Assembly (NCBI RefSeq): GCF_035594765.1
Contig: NC_085842.1
Span: 137,343,036 to 137,407,035 of the forward strand
From: Anolis carolinensis
Lineage: Eukaryota
DNA: 64,000 nt
Direction: 5' to 3'
Positions 36,910 through 52,000 of this stretch are shown here, piece by piece. The notes under the pieces are model-generated. The model saw only the letters and a program-made list of their open reading frames with translations, was not told where the DNA came from and made no database searches. Both the position numbers and the translations under genes were made by a program. The stretch's first letter is position 1. Each line of letters begins with the position of its first letter.

Positions 36910-37750
36910 GATGGCGGCGAAAGAAGGCAGAGAAGAACGACGCTGGTGACAACGGACGAGGACCTGGTTGAAGGACCCGGATGGAAGCACGCGGCGCTGG
37001 GCCTCAGTCGCGAGCCGCCATCTCCGATCGGCGCCACGAGCGAATGAGCCAGGGCCCGCCCTTCCTCCCGCACTTAAGCGCCACAAAATGGCCGACGACA
37101 ATAACCCGGATGTAACCCCTCGGCGCCACCCACCCACACGCCCTCCTCCGTTATACCTCAGAGGCTCATTATTTCGTATTTATTCGTGAGCTAAACTGTC
37201 GCGGTAGGCTGTTAGGAATTGTGGGACTTGAAGTCCTGGAGGTCCGAAGTTTGCTCATGCCTGCTTTATGTATTTTTCATTATTGCGTTCCAAGGCTCGG
37301 ATTTCCGTTAGGACGCAACCCGGAAGGGGATGATGTATATTCGCCCCGCGCTTTCCCTCTCTCCACTCTAGAGAAAATCATTTTCAAATCGCTCTGAATG
37401 TGACAGAAGTTTATACTGGAGTTCCCTTTTTTAAAAAAAAAAAATCTACGTCTTCTATTCTTGACGTGTGTGTGCTAAGGTGCCTGAACGGATAAGAATG
37501 CGTTTGTCATCCCACCTTCAAAATGGCGCCCAAAGAAAGAACGGAGAACACTGCTCTCCTCCCTCAGGCGCGCGCACGGCGCCGGGGACGCGCACGTAAC
37601 ACATAGGCAAAAGAGCGCCTTGGGGGAAGCCATCCCTTTCTGAGCCGCGGTGAAGAGGCGCCAGCGAGTCCCAGGGGGGCGTGGCTATGCTTTGCCCCGC
37701 CCCCTGCGTCTTCGCGGAATGAGGCCTAAGAGGCGCGCCTGGCTCACCTT
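36910..37750. promoter_or_regulatory. CpG-island bidirectional promoter of SRSF2/MFSD11
   Basis: High CpG density; YY1-type motifs (aaaatggccg ~37085, aaaatggcgcc ~37520), ETS motifs (ccggaag ~37320, ccggatgt ~37106) and GC boxes. Confidence 0.75.
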
Positions 37751-37879
37751 GACAGAAATGGAGGCTATTGTTTTCATTTCTCTCGCATTAGTTTACTCTT
37801 GAATGCCAAAGCACAACTAGTAGAGGGAAGGATCGAAAGCACCAGAGAAAGGCAACCCAAATCATGAGAGAATAGGGAG

Positions 37880-38345
37880 GAGGGAGTAAGCTTGTTTTCT
37901 GCTGCCTTGGAGACTGGGACACGGAACAATGGCTTCATACTACAGGACAGAAAAGATTCCACCTGAACATTAGGAAGAACTTACTCACCGTGAGAGCTGT
38001 TCAGCAGTGGAACTCTTTGCCCGGGAGTGTGGTGGAGGCTCCTTTTTTGGAGGCTTTTAAGCATAGGCTTGGATGGCCATCTGTCTGGAGTGCTTTGAAT
38101 GCGATTTTCCTGCTTCTTGCGGTGGGGGGGGGGGGATGTTGGACTGGATGGCCCACGCGGTCTCTTCCAACTCTTCCAATTTTTCTCCCACCCTGGGCAT
38201 TCCAGATATATAAACCCCACTTGCATAGTTTTCCAACAGACCTCAAAACCTCTGAGGATGCCTGCCATAGATGCAGGGGAAACGTCGGGAAAGAATGCTT
38301 CTGGAATATGGCCATACAGCCTGGAAAACTCACAGCAACCCATGA
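37880..38345 (+). mobile_element. CR1 3' fragment followed by a Penelope fragment with a hammerhead core (38249-38289)
   Basis: CR1 RT tail (..AVQQWNSLPGSVVEAP..) followed by cctCTGAGGAtgcctgccatagatgcagggGAAAcGTCggg. Confidence 0.7.
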
Positions 38346-40370
38346 GCAATCCATGATTTCCACCTCAAAGTACACATGCCATGGTTTGTGATTTGAACAA
38401 GGTGGGGGCCAGTTTGAACAGAAGCAATACAGTTGGGTCCTCCATATCAATGGATTCAATCATCAATTTGAAAATACTCCATTTAAAAGATCCCCAAAGG
38501 GAAACCTTGACTTTCCTATTTTATTTAAGGAACATTATTTGACTATATCATGAGGCATGAATTTTTGTATCCACTGGAGTCCTGAAACCAAACCCCCGTG
38601 TATCCTGAAGGCCCACAATAATTATTTGCAGGTGGAGCATAGACACTCGAGGATATGATGAAAACTGTGCTGCCGCTCCCAGAAAACCTGCATACAGGTT
38701 TTTTAAGAATATTGGATTAGAAACATTTCCTTCATAGATCAGTCTTTAATGAAAACAAATCTAATGAGTGTTTGGAAAGCCTGATTTATTTACTTACATT
38801 AATGTAATTATTAAATGATTTAATATTTAATTTATATACTGTTTTTCTCCATATAGATTCCAAAGTGGCCTTTTTACTACCTTAAATTACATTGCGATAA
38901 GAAAAATTAACCATAACAAGGAAACTGAAGAAAGCCAATCATTTCTAAAAAAAACGTTTATGGATCCCTGAGGACAAACCACTGGACCCCAGGAAGGATT
39001 TTATATTAAAAAGCTTCATATCTAATAGCTGAAGATCCAACAGCATCTGGAAATGTATGCTTGGGAAATCACTAAGTGTGCATCGAAAAACTAGAATTAA
39101 TGTGGTGTGACATCACTGACTGCCATGGCTCATTGCTATGGAATCTTGGGAGCTGTATTTTTATAAAGCCTTTAGCCTTCTCAGCCAAAAAGCACTGGGG
39201 TCTCATCAAATTACATCTCCCACTATTCCATAGCATTAAGCCATGGTAGTTAAAATGGTGTCAAACTGCATTAACTCTACAATATAGATGCACCCATGGT
39301 CTGCCTATTGTCTTTGTGACCCCCCCTCCCTTTAGTGGCATGAGGAAAGGCTGTAATTAGGACTGTTAGAAGAAATACTCCAATGAAGACAAAAAGTCAT
39401 AGCTTTTAACCATTTCTAGCATATTCAAACCTAGAAAAAACTGTAGTAGATCAAATCAAAATATTTTCTTTTCCACCAACTGAATGATCTTGATCAACTT
39501 GCCTCAAGCTTTTAACAGAGAGGGAAAGAAAATATGCATCCGTGGCTGGTTTTACACTGTAAAATTAATGAGATTTGACAGTACTGTACTTTAACTGCCC
39601 TGGCTCAATGCTAGGGAATCCTGGGATTTGTAGTTTGTTGAAGCACCAGCAGTCTTGGCCAGAGGGAGCTAAAGGCCATGTAAAACTAAAACCCCCAGGA
39701 TTGAGTCATGGCAGTGAAAGTGATCTGAAACTTCATTCTTTCTCCAGTGTAGATGCACCCCAAGCGTGTCTTAAGACAGTTTACTACTTTTGAGATTGTA
39801 AAGCCATTTCAATGAAATTAAAGCCTTCTTTAAAGTTTATCATCGAAGCAGGTCACCACGCATACTAGCCATGTGCTTGTTCTTCCTGCTTTTAGAACTG
39901 CATTTCCCAGAGTTCACCTCTGCTTTCTGTCATTTGATCAGCTGACCTGACATGTGAGCTAGTCTTTATTTCCTGTCCTGAATAAATGGAAATTATCCGA
40001 GTTCCATTTGTTGTCAGATGATTTATCGTATTTGAGGCAAAAACTGATTCAGAGATATGATGAAGTGTCCAAGAAGGTCATCTGAGGCCGAAGGTTTCTT
40101 CTTTATAGGGAATCTACTCTTATTCTGAGCGTGAAAGGTAGAGAGAGTCTTGTATGATCTTTTATTGATTAGCATGTTTTCCCTGCTGCTGTTGTTGTTG
40201 GTGTTACATTCATAAATAAATAGTCTCAGTTAATGCAGTACTAGGGCTGAAGCTTTCTTTACTGTGATCTTTTTTGTATTCTCTTGGCAGAAACCTAAAA
40301 AGAGAAGGAAGTTTTAAAGGGAGACACTCCTACATTTCAGTTTGACAGCCTCCGGTGGAAACAGACAAAA

Positions 40371-43300
40371 ATGAATTCTGAAACAAAAAAACAATTGAAC
40401 ATTATTGTTCTAGGAACAGCCTTTATGTTTATGTTCACTGCCTTCCAGACATGTGGAAATGTTGCGGTAAGCATAAATATGTCTGTACTCTTGTCTTCTT
40501 TCACTTTTCCTTTCTTTGTGGTGTTTTGGAAAATCTCTGTTTTTCTTGGGGGCTACTGCCATATGTAATATGTTTCTCTATTGATTGTTTTTCTGTATTT
40601 ATTTACATTCATTGCTGAAGCAATTTGCTACTTTTGTCTGGCAGTGACAAAAATGCTGTTAATGAAAGTGGAAATGCGTGTGTTCTTAAATATATTTAAT
40701 AGGGAGGAAGGCCCTTTGGGCATCTGAAGATTGAGTTTCAGGTAAAAAAAAAGATACTTGTGCAGTGTTTTTTAATTGAAATAGAGTGTCAAAATTTTAC
40801 ATATCTTTTCATATATATAAGAATTTAGTTGTTTCCATATTATTGAGTATTGTGTAAAATAGAATTTGATAAAAAAGCATTTTTAACACTAAATTCACAT
40901 GTTGGAATTTACTTTTCTTCCAGGAAATTTTAAAGGGTTCCTAGTCTTTCTTGAATTTGAAGGTTTTTTTAAATCTAAAGATACCTTGTCAAAATGCCAA
41001 TTTCTGCTATTTCAGCTACGTTTACTATCCATTCTTCCATTTTTGGTGTTTCTTCTAGTTTCCATGTCCGCGCATACACCATTCTTGCTGCAGTTGTTAG
41101 CAGAATGAAAAGTCTGTCATATGTCTTCGTAGCTTTTGGAATTTGATGCAGCTGACTGCTAACAGTTGTACCTCTTTGTAAAACTCTGTCTTTCACACGA
41201 CCCTGAGGCCTATGTGAAGCTTTCCTGACTATTAGATAAGTGAGAAGAAGGATAATTGGGTTGTTCTTGCCTTTGTTATTTTATTGGAACAATAGGCATT
41301 TGGGAAAGGCTGTCTGATGAAACAATATGTAGCCTTCCCATCTGGAGAAGCAAAAATGGATCATTTAGGGAAACCAATGGGCAAAAGGGATTAATTTACT
41401 CAGATTTACTTTTATAGTCCCTCTCTACAGAATTTTGGTGATAGCATGTTTGACGCCTGATTGAGTAATTCCTCTTATCTGTGAAAGGGTGGTTATAGAA
41501 GTGTCTACCTTATTCAGACAATTGCTTTGAAGTTGTGAACAAAAGTATCTGTTGTTAATGTATCTGCATCACATTACTCTTTTGCATTAAAAAAATCTGG
41601 TAAACCATTCCATGTAATTAATGTTGTGTATTTCTTTCTAAAACAGCAAACTGTTATCACAAATTTAAACAACACTGATTTCCATGGCAGTGGCTACACA
41701 AGGTATTTCATGATGATATTTTAATATTTTTGTTGCTTTTCCACTGCATTCAGGCTCCTTCTACACTGCCACATTAAATCCAGATATCTGCTTTGAACTG
41801 GATTATATGGCAGTATAGACTTATATAATCCAGGTCAAAGTAGATAATGTGGATTATTTTCTTTGATAATATGGATTATATGGCAGTATAGGTAAAGGGT
41901 AAAGGTTTCCCCTGATGTTAAGTCCAGTCGTGTCCGACTCTGGAGGTTGGTGCTCATCTCCATTTCTAAGAGCCGGCGTTGTCCGTAGACACCTCCAAGG
42001 TAATGCAGCCGGCATGACTGCATGGAACGCTGTTACCTTCCCGCCAGAGCGGTACCTATTGATCTACTTACATTGGCATGTTTTTGAACTGCTAGGTTGG
42101 CAGAAGCTGGAGCTAACAGCGGGTGCTCACTCTGCTCCCCGGATTTGAACCTGGGACCTTTCGGTCTGCAAGTTCAGCAGCTTAGCAGTTTAACACACTG
42201 AGCCACCGGATTATATGAGTCTATACTGCCATATAATCCAGTTCAAAGCAGATATCTGGATTTAATATGGCAGTATAGAAGGAGTCAAAGTCTCTACATT
42301 CATGGATAATGTGAAAGTGTGGCATTCTCCAGGGTCTAGGATAGTGGTTCTCAATCTGCGGGTCCCCAGGTGTTTTGACCTGCAACTCCCAAAAATCCCA
42401 GCAAGTTTACCAGCTGTTAGGATTTCTGGGAGATGAAGGCCAAAAACATGGGGACCTCAGGTTGAGAACCGTTGGTCTAGGATAAAGAGCTCATGTTCCT
42501 CCATGGTTCTTTTTATGTTTGAAGACTCTTTTTAACATTATGTGTAGTTCAGTGGTTCTCAACCTGGGGTCCCCAGATGTTTTTGGCTTACAACTCCCAG
42601 AAATCCCAGCCAGTTTACCAGCTGTTAGGATTTCTGGGAGATGAAGGCCAAAAACATGGGGACCTCAGGTTGAGAACCATTGGTCTAGTTGAACAGTGAG
42701 AGGATTGTGAAAAGTTATTAATATCTATGAAATAATCTGAAATGGCATCTTTTAAAATGAACTTTACAAAAATGCTTGGATTTTAGTTGACATGCTTGTT
42801 AATTGTTTCTTTCTGCAGTATGGCTGTTATTTATGGGGTGTTTTCAGCATCAAATTTGATTTCGCCTTCAGTGGTTGCTATACTTGGTCCACAATTATCC
42901 ATGTTCATCGGTGGCATCTTTTATAGGTAAACAACATGTTTCAAATTCTTAATATTTCATTCTTGCTGTCTGCTTTTTATGTACTCATGTCTATATGATT
43001 TGCTTACTTGGTGAAGACTGGTATTAGCTGGAGAAAAAGGATTTAAATTGCCAAAGAGAAAGAAAAGCAGCAATGATTTGTTTTTCTACTACAAAACGCA
43101 TACCATTGCACCCCCTGAAACAAAAATGTGGACTTCCTGTGCCACATTTCACATTGGGCCTACTAGGTCTGTCCATCAAGCCTTTTGGGAAGGGATTTCC
43201 CTTCTCTCAAGATAAATTCCCCAGTTGGATCCCTCTTTGCAGGGTGCCTGAAATCTGTTTAAGGCTCAGTGGCTAATCCTTGACTTTCCACTTTAAGGCA

Positions 43301-45285
43301 TTATCTGGCATCACCACTGTTGTTTTAGTTACCTTCTATTGCCTTCCCAATGAAGAAGATGGGAATTGAATAAATTGATATCGGTTCAAATGTCTGTACA
43401 GCAGACTGCAGCCTTCCAGCTGTTTGGGTTTCCAACTTCAAGAATTCTGACCATTTAACAAGCTGGCTAGGACTTCTGTGAGTTGGAGGCCAAAACGGCT
43501 GGAGGACTGCCATTTGAGGATGCCTGCTGTACCGTTATAACACTCACTTCATAGATGAAGGGAGGAATTAGATAGGCAGCCTGAATGTAAATGAATTCCT
43601 CAGGATTATTATTGCAAGGGCAGAAGGTCTACTCTTTGCTTCTTGAAGGGTGCAGAGAAAATAATGCACTACTTTGAATGATTGTCAAAATGTGACATTG
43701 TGTGTTTTAGGGATGAGCATCCCCCCCAATGTACTGACTTGCAGGCTTTTGGAGTTTAGGAATACTACATTCACTTAGTCAAGTGGTGTATTCTTCTATT
43801 ATGTAAAGTATATCTGTTAACTAGGAGAGGTAGGTTGTAGACTTGACTGGAGGAGGCAATGCTAATTAAGTTCTATAAAATACAGGCAATTCCCAGTTCA
43901 AGTTGGGAATTCTTTTATTAAAGTGTCATGAGCATGGTATCATCACTGTTAACACTGAATACCATACATGGTCATTTTTTCAGCATATATATTGCCGTTT
44001 TTATCCAGCCTTCTACATGGACTTTCTACACAGCCTCCGTTTTCCTTGGAATAGCAGCTGCTGGTAAGCTATTTTCCCAATAAAAATAAGCATTCCTAAT
44101 CTTATTAAGCAAAAGATGGAATAGCAAACAGAAATGTGTAGTATCGTGGCTATTTGTTTCACTTGTACCACATAATCTGGGAATTGACAGAGCTGTGTCT
44201 TGAATATGAAACAGTTCATAAGGCATATAATAAATGGCCCAAGTTATGGTTCATATATTCCAGTGAAGAGATATTAAAAAAAATTACGCTGCAATCCTAA
44301 AAAGCATTATTTAGGAAGGATGCCATGTTGAATGCATTGGAGATTTATTTAATCTTTATTCACTTTTTGTTGCGCTGGGATCAATGGAGTGCTACTTGGG
44401 GTTGTATTTCAAATTTCTAATGATTAATTCATTGTCAAAATAGCATCTAAATTGGATGTCATAATTCATGCATCTTAGAAAGTATGTACTGTATGTTATA
44501 GATTTGTTACTGCCCAAAACTTGTGGCAAAATGAAGTAGCACTGCATTTAAGTGGAATAATGTCTAGGATACTCTGTAGTAATGAAATGCAATGTTCTTA
44601 TATTTGTTGATGCCTGTGAATTTGTGGATGCCTGCGGATATGTGATTCCAGTAGGCCCTCCACTTTTTTAAGGGTGCAAGTGCCTGCAAAATGGAAAAAT
44701 GTGAATAATAAAAATGCAGTTTTATTACTTTCTAAGAATCACTAGGTCCTTCAGGGCGACTCTATGATTAAATTCCACTACCGTGTTTCCCCGAAAATAA
44801 GACAGTGTCTTACATTATTTTTTACTCCCAAAGATGCTCTAGGTCTTATTTTCAGGGGATGTCTTATTTTTACATGAAGAATTCATATTCATTGTTGAAC
44901 AAAAAAAAATTGAACATTTTTTCTATACTGTACAGTAGTTGTCATTACAAACCAACATAACTAAACCGGACAAACTGTGACTCCTGTCAAGAATTTCTTG
45001 TTACTACCATTATTTCCATATACAACTGGTATGTAAGCCGCCCCAAGTTCCTATGGGGAGATGGAGGTGGGGTATAAAAATAAATTTATTGTTTTATTAT
45101 GACACAGCAAACAAGATAGATATGCTGGATGTCGTATCACAAAATCAGAAGTCGAACACTTCCCAAGTGTCTAGGACTGTGTGATGTATTTTCGGATGAT
45201 GCGCGCAGATCCCAGTAGGGTGGCCTTTTGCAGTTGGCAGATCGTGACTTTGTCAATGTCTATTGTTTCCAAATGCCGGCTGAGA

Positions 45286-45354
<69 letters not shown>

Positions 45355-46044
45355 CATTTACCAATCCTGCATGCTATGGTGTTTTCTTTGGCGGGCGCCG
45401 GGCATGCTTCCAAACAAAAACATTGCTAGGGCTTACTTTCGGGGGAGGCCTTATATTTAGCAATTCTACTAGGTCTTATTTTTTGGGGATGTCTTATTTT
45501 CAGGGAAACAGGGTAGAGGTTGACCATATTATTGCACTGGAGGACCTAGATATTCCTAAAAAATGTGCTTTCCATAAATCTCAAGGTTCTCTAGCACAGT
45601 GGTTCTCAAAGTGTGCTCCGTGGAGCCCTTGGGGCTCTGCGAAGCATACTGAGGAGCTCCATGGCTCCCTCCTTCTCCTCGCTCTCCAAGGTTTTCCTTC
45701 TCTTTCTTGCTCCTCCCCCTTCCCTGTCTCCTTTGCCTCCAAGCCTCCCCCACCTCCCTTGCTGCCAAAAGCCTTTTTTCCTCACCTTCCTTGCAGATTC
45801 TTTCCCCCTCTCCTTCCTTGATTCCAAAACACTATTTAGCTCCCACTGCTCAGGGGGTGCTTTGATTGTGTTTCCTGCTGGACAGAAGGGAGTTGACGTG
45901 GGGGTATTGATTTCCACATGGAAGGCAGTCACCATAAGGGTTGGCTTGATGCACCTTCCTCTTGACATGTTTCAACCTTTCTCCCTCCGTTTGTGCCTTT
46001 TAGAATTCCACAGCACTGCTGGTAACCCCTGGGGTTTCTGCTGC

Positions 46045-46092
<48 letters not shown>

Positions 46093-49000
46093 AAAGGCTG
46101 GGTGGCCATCTGTTGGGGATGCTTTGATTGTGCTTTCCCCGCATGGCACAAGGGGGTTGGACTTGATGGCCCCTCAGGTTGCTCCTATTACTGATATAAT
46201 ATATATAATACTAGCTGTGCCCGGCCACGCGTTGCTGTGGCGAAGTATGGTGGTATGGGAAATAAAGTACAGTAGAATCTCACTTATCCAACACTCGCTT
46301 ATCCAACATTCTGGATTATCCAACGCATTTTTGTAGTCAATGTTTTCAGTACATCATGATATTTTGGTGCTAAATTCATAAATACAATAATTACTACATA
46401 GCATTACTGAGTATTGAACTACTTTTTCTGTCAAATTTGTTGTATAACATGATGTTTTGGTGCTTAATTTGTATAATGATTACCTAATTTGATGTTTAAT
46501 AGGCTTTCCCTTAATCCCTTCTTATTATCCAACATATTCACTTATTCTGCCGGCCTGTTTAAGTTGGATAAGTGAGAGTCTACTGTATATTGATAATCTT
46601 ATATTATCTGCTTAGAAATGGATTATATGAGGCCCCTTCTACACAGCTGTATGAAATGCACACTGAAGTGGATTATAGGGCAGTGTGGAGTCAAGATAAT
46701 CCAGTTCAAAGCAGATAATATAAGATTATAAATGGGTTATATAGCTGTGTGGAAGGGCCTTGAGTCTACACTGCCATGTAATCCAGTGCAAATTAGATAA
46801 TCTGTGGAAGAAGCCTAAGTGAGGCCTAACTGTGCCTGTCCCCTGGGCTGAGTGGGTTGCTAGGAGACCAAGTGGGCAGAGATTAGCCCTCTAACTGGCA
46901 GCAATTGGATAAAAACAATTATTAATTTCCCTCTAATTAGGACTTTATTTTTCTTTTCTTTTTGTTGTATCAACCTAGAGGCATGGATGATGGGTTGTGT
47001 TGTCAAATTTTGAGGTTGGGGGGCCTGTAGTTTTTTTGTTTTGTGGGTCGCCGTGATGCCATCACTCATTTATATATATAGATAATACATAAATATTTAT
47101 TGTGGCTCCATGAGAAACTTTTGCTTCACAAAAGGCTCCATGGCCGAAAAGGTTTGAGAACCTCTACTCTAGCGTGACCATAGTGCCATTCTGGAAAACC
47201 TAGAGTTTCCTAGAAAGAACATACTGTATTAATAAAAATCTACAAATCTGGAGGACTCATCTGCAATTTCAGACTTAAGAAAGGGTTTCCCTAAATCCCA
47301 GATTTTAGTCATGCATATGTCATTTGTACACACAGCCAAAAATGTTTGAATCAGCTCTAAAATGTGCCCTAAAATTCCAGTCTGAATGAACTGTCTCTGT
47401 ATGCTCACACAGATACTCAGTGTGAAAAACTTAAACGAACATACTTCTGCACCATTTACTAATGTTTTGATTTACCCTTCAGTATTGTGGACTGCTCAGG
47501 GAAACTGCCTGACAATAAACTCCAATGAAAACACAATTGGCAGGAACAGTGGGATATTCTGGGCGTTACTGCAGTCCAGGTAAGGAGTAATGCTACTTCA
47601 TTTGGTTATATCCACATGCGACTTGTTAGGTTTATTGATATGTCCTTTACTATTAATATTTGCTGGGTTTATAACTTTTGTCTTTTCTGAAATATCCATA
47701 CTGAGTGATAACTTAAAAACTTACTCAGGTTGCTATCCTGTAGACCAGTGTTTCTCAAACTCTGCTTCTCCAGGTGTTTTGGACTTCAGTACCCAGAAAT
47801 CTCAGCCAGCTTACCAGCTGTTAGGACCTGTGGGAGCAGAAGTCCAAAACACCCGGAGGGGCAGAGTTCGAGAAACACTGCTGCAGACAATTACTTGGAA
47901 GCAAATTACATTTTAAGCAAACATGGGTAAAACTGAGTTGTTAGGGTCTTACTTGATGATTACGATGGATATTTGCTTGATAGATGAGCTTCTGTATGAT
48001 GTATCCTGATTTTGAAAGATTTTTTTAAAGAAATCTGGGTGACAAGCTCCAAAGGTTTGAGGAACATCCCATCTCTATGTCTGAGACGTGTCATGAGCTA
48101 CTCCAGGCTCTCAAAGTGATTCTGGAAGTAGCCAGAAAACTACTTTTATTTTTATAAAGACGGAGAAAGCAAATTTTGGGGGAAGAGCTGTGCCATGTTT
48201 TAAAGGAGAATAATTATTTTTTTAGGTTCCCAGGAGCAGGATTGTACTAATGTTTTTGGTTTGGTTCAGAAGTCTGAAAAGTCATATAAATGAGTAGGAC
48301 ACAGGCAATGTATGGGCTGTTTGTTGTCCACCCTTGTACATAAATAGGCAGACAATTTAAAGTTGCCTAAGATGGCAAGCCTTTAGAAAGTTAGTTTCAG
48401 ATGTTAGTGTATTACAATTCCTAGATCGAAACCATAAGAACCCAGATTCAGCTCCTAACTTTATCCATGAAGCTTTGTGAATAATCTTGAAACAGTAATT
48501 CTTTGTCTGGCCTTCTATTGGGATAGTAAGGATAAATTTACATGTATGTGGGGCCATGGGGCAGGAGGAAAGCAATGGGGGCATGTCATAAATTATGCAA
48601 ACATAGTATTTGTTAGTACATCCTGAAATTGACCCACTATGTGGATGTTGTGTTTTATCCCACTTCTTCATTTGAAATAATCTATTCCTTATAATTGCTG
48701 AACTACAGTAAGATAGAAGAGAACAATTTAAAAGTAGTGCAATCTTAAAATGGTAGACTGAGTGCATTTAAGAAACAAGTGCTAAAGCTTCCTAGTTTGA
48801 AATGAGAAGACAGAAGGTCACAGATTAGCAGTGATCTGAAGTGAAAAGGTCTTTGCTGGCTGCTTAAAGATTGAAAAAGAGGAAGAGAAACACCCCAAGA
48901 AAGAGCTGGACAATCACAGCCCAGGATTCTTAAATTTGCTTGCCTGATTTTTGTATATGAGCAGAACATATGAGCATATAGGCAGGTTCATATGAGAAGG

Positions 49001-52000
49001 AACACATGGTTTCTGTGGTAACATAGTCCTATGGCTTTGAAGGCTTTATGGGTCACCCCAGTAACCTGCATCCAGTGATCAAAGGTTTCCTAGAACAAAC
49101 TCTGAAATCTGTCAGTCAAGCAAAATAAACCCTACAGAGCAAAGGGCACACAGTTTCCAGCCTATCTGGATTTTGAAGCATATATTTTGCTTTCACATAT
49201 ATTCAACTATGTTCCCTATGAGAAGCAATTTATTGGATACTTATTCAGCCAGGCAATTTTTTACTTTTAACATACATGAATATAACAGGGGGAAAGCATA
49301 CAATATTGGGGAGCATGAGCTTGTTATCTTTTTCTGTTATCTTTTTCTGTTTGAATCTGCCTGCAATTCCAACCCAGTTGACCTTATTCAAGGAAATTCT
49401 TGTGAGGATGGGGGAAGTTGTTTAGAATTGACTAGGATTTGTAGTGTAAGATGAACTGTTGCTTACATTCTTCCTGTTGTAATTCAGCTAGCTAGTTTTA
49501 ACAACTTACCCAATTTCTTGTTTTCTCAGCTTGTTTTTTGGCAACCTCTATATATACTTTGCCTGGCAAGGGAAATTACATATAACAGGTTGGTTTTATT
49601 AATAAGATATATATGTATATATTTGTAGCAGCAGGATTGAGGGTGAAATAATAATAGATTTGCTGTATTGCAGACAGAATTTTAAGAACACAATTTGCAG
49701 AATATATTTGCAGCTCATTTTAAATAGCTTCTAAACACTTATTTTAATTTTAATATATACCAATGTAACTGTAAACACTGAATATTTTGTTGTCTGTTCT
49801 CTGTATTTCTTGCTTAAATTCCACGTGTGTGCATCTGGCTCTCATTCTTCAAATTGTAATCCTTCTTGAAACTAGCTACAGTGGGCCCTTGGTATTCACT
49901 ATGGGTTGGTTCCAGGACCCTCACTTGGATGTCAAAATCCAAGCATGCTCAGGTCCCATTAAATACCATGGTGGAGTATAAAAGTGGCAAAATCAAGGTT
50001 TCTCTTTGGATTAAAAAAAATCAAGCTGTGGATGGTTGAATCTGTGGATGCAGAATCCATGGATACAGAGGGCCAACTATAAATTGATATGTGTGACTAC
50101 TAATGCTAAGCACTTTCTCTTCTTGACCTCACCTTGACCAGTCTTTTGGTTCTTACCCTGCCTTAGTTCTTACTGTTTATCTTCCAAATCCCTCCTCAAA
50201 TTACACTGTCTTCTTGAACTTCCCCTCCGCTTGCCCTGTCTACTAGAAAATTCAGTTAAGCCAAATCCTATTTCTGCTTCCGAGACTTATACCACCTTTT
50301 GTATTTCCTTTATCTGTGATACCAAGGTGAAAAGTGCATTCGCTGCAATATGCATATGATTTTGAAGTGACCGATTTCCACTTTAGAAAACTATCTCACT
50401 TTGCATGTGATATAGTCCAGATTAAAAATTATAATTAAAATCTGATTACATTTATTTATGTGTTTGTTTTGGGAAATTCTTTCTCACTCTTCATATTCTT
50501 TGGCTGTAAAAATACAAAGACATACAATCACCCTGTAAAAAGACAATAAAATAGTTCATATTTTCTTCTGTTAATTTAATGTCATGGTTTCTAGTACAGA
50601 TAGTGCTCATGGTCGCTAACCATTAAAATGTGAATAAAATTATCATTTAAAGTTACCAATATAGTTGTGATAGGTTTTTACCCCCTTTTTTATTAAGAAG
50701 GAGAATAGGCTGGCTGTTGCTCTGCTAGCCTAGCCTGAAGATTATACATTATTTAATTGGACTGCATTATATGAGTTTTGGCTGAAACTAGAATAGTTGC
50801 ACAAGGGTCAATCCATGACAACTCAAGGCAAGGCTTACAAAGAATTCTAGCCAGATTTGATGGTGATGAGCTAGAGCAGTGATTCCCAAACTTGAGTTTT
50901 CAGCATTTTCAGGAATGTGACCCAATGAGATTAATGTGGATTTGAACCCAGGACATTCATAGCCATTGTTTCATGACCCTTCCTTTTTCTAAAATGATTT
51001 TATTTTATATTCACATTTTACTGCCAACTTTCTGTTGCTTTTATTATATATTGACGTTGTTGAGTGGGGGACAATGACTAGAGAAGTAGCATAAAAAGTT
51101 TCGAATACAATTCAAAATACCACAACCCTGTGACAAATCACCCATCTTGCCGGATTTTGGGGGCTAAGGAAGACTAGACCTAGCTTGAATGTGGGTGGTA
51201 GAGCACCAGGAAATATCAGGGTTATTTAATACCATCAGTGTGTGAGTTTTAAATACATAATGTTTCATTAGTGAAGAGCTTGAACAATAGGTTGAAGTGT
51301 ACATTTCTTTAGGTATGTTTCTCTTTGCTTCAACACAGAAATATCATCAGTAATGTGATGAGTCTGAATAGATGTGCCACTGTTTGTTGATGAAGGTATA
51401 ACACACTGTTTTTCTCTTCTCAGAAAGAGACCGTAGGACTGTCTTCATTGCTTTGACAGTGATCAGTCTTGTGGGCACAGTTTTGTTTTTTCTTATTCGG
51501 ACCCCAGAAGAATCAAATTCAGATGAAGAAGAATCCAGTACTGACAACCTTGTGGAACGCACGTAGGTGTTTATGGCTAAGCCTATTAAATCAGCATGTT
51601 CCTGATACCATGATTTCTGTGTTTATAAGAAATGTGTCTCACACATAAAAGGAATTGTGCATACTCTCTTGTATAAGGTATGACAACTTAAATAATTGTG
51701 CTTCTCTATTAATTGATTGCTTGGGGTGGGATGTTGCTGAAAAGACAATCTGTCTAACGTGCCAGGATAAAATGGATTATAGCTCTCCGATATGTGAGTT
51801 CTACATTTTTGGAGCTACCATTTGTAGTAGACATGTGAAGGAAATAACCATGGTCTGGATGAAGGTTTTACCCTGTCTGATGCAAATGAATTTGGATTCC
51901 TTGTTTAAAGAAGCAGTAGATTATTGGTCTCACTGTGGCTAATCAAGCTAGGACTGGGCTGAGTCAGGTGCACATTCACATTAATGAATGCTTCCCCATG

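Noticed and set aside
36416-37189. Overlapping or antisense ORFs and an apparent 76-aa N-terminal extension of SRSF2
   Set aside because: Expected in GC-rich, stop-poor CpG-island DNA; the conserved start is MSYGRPP at 36909.
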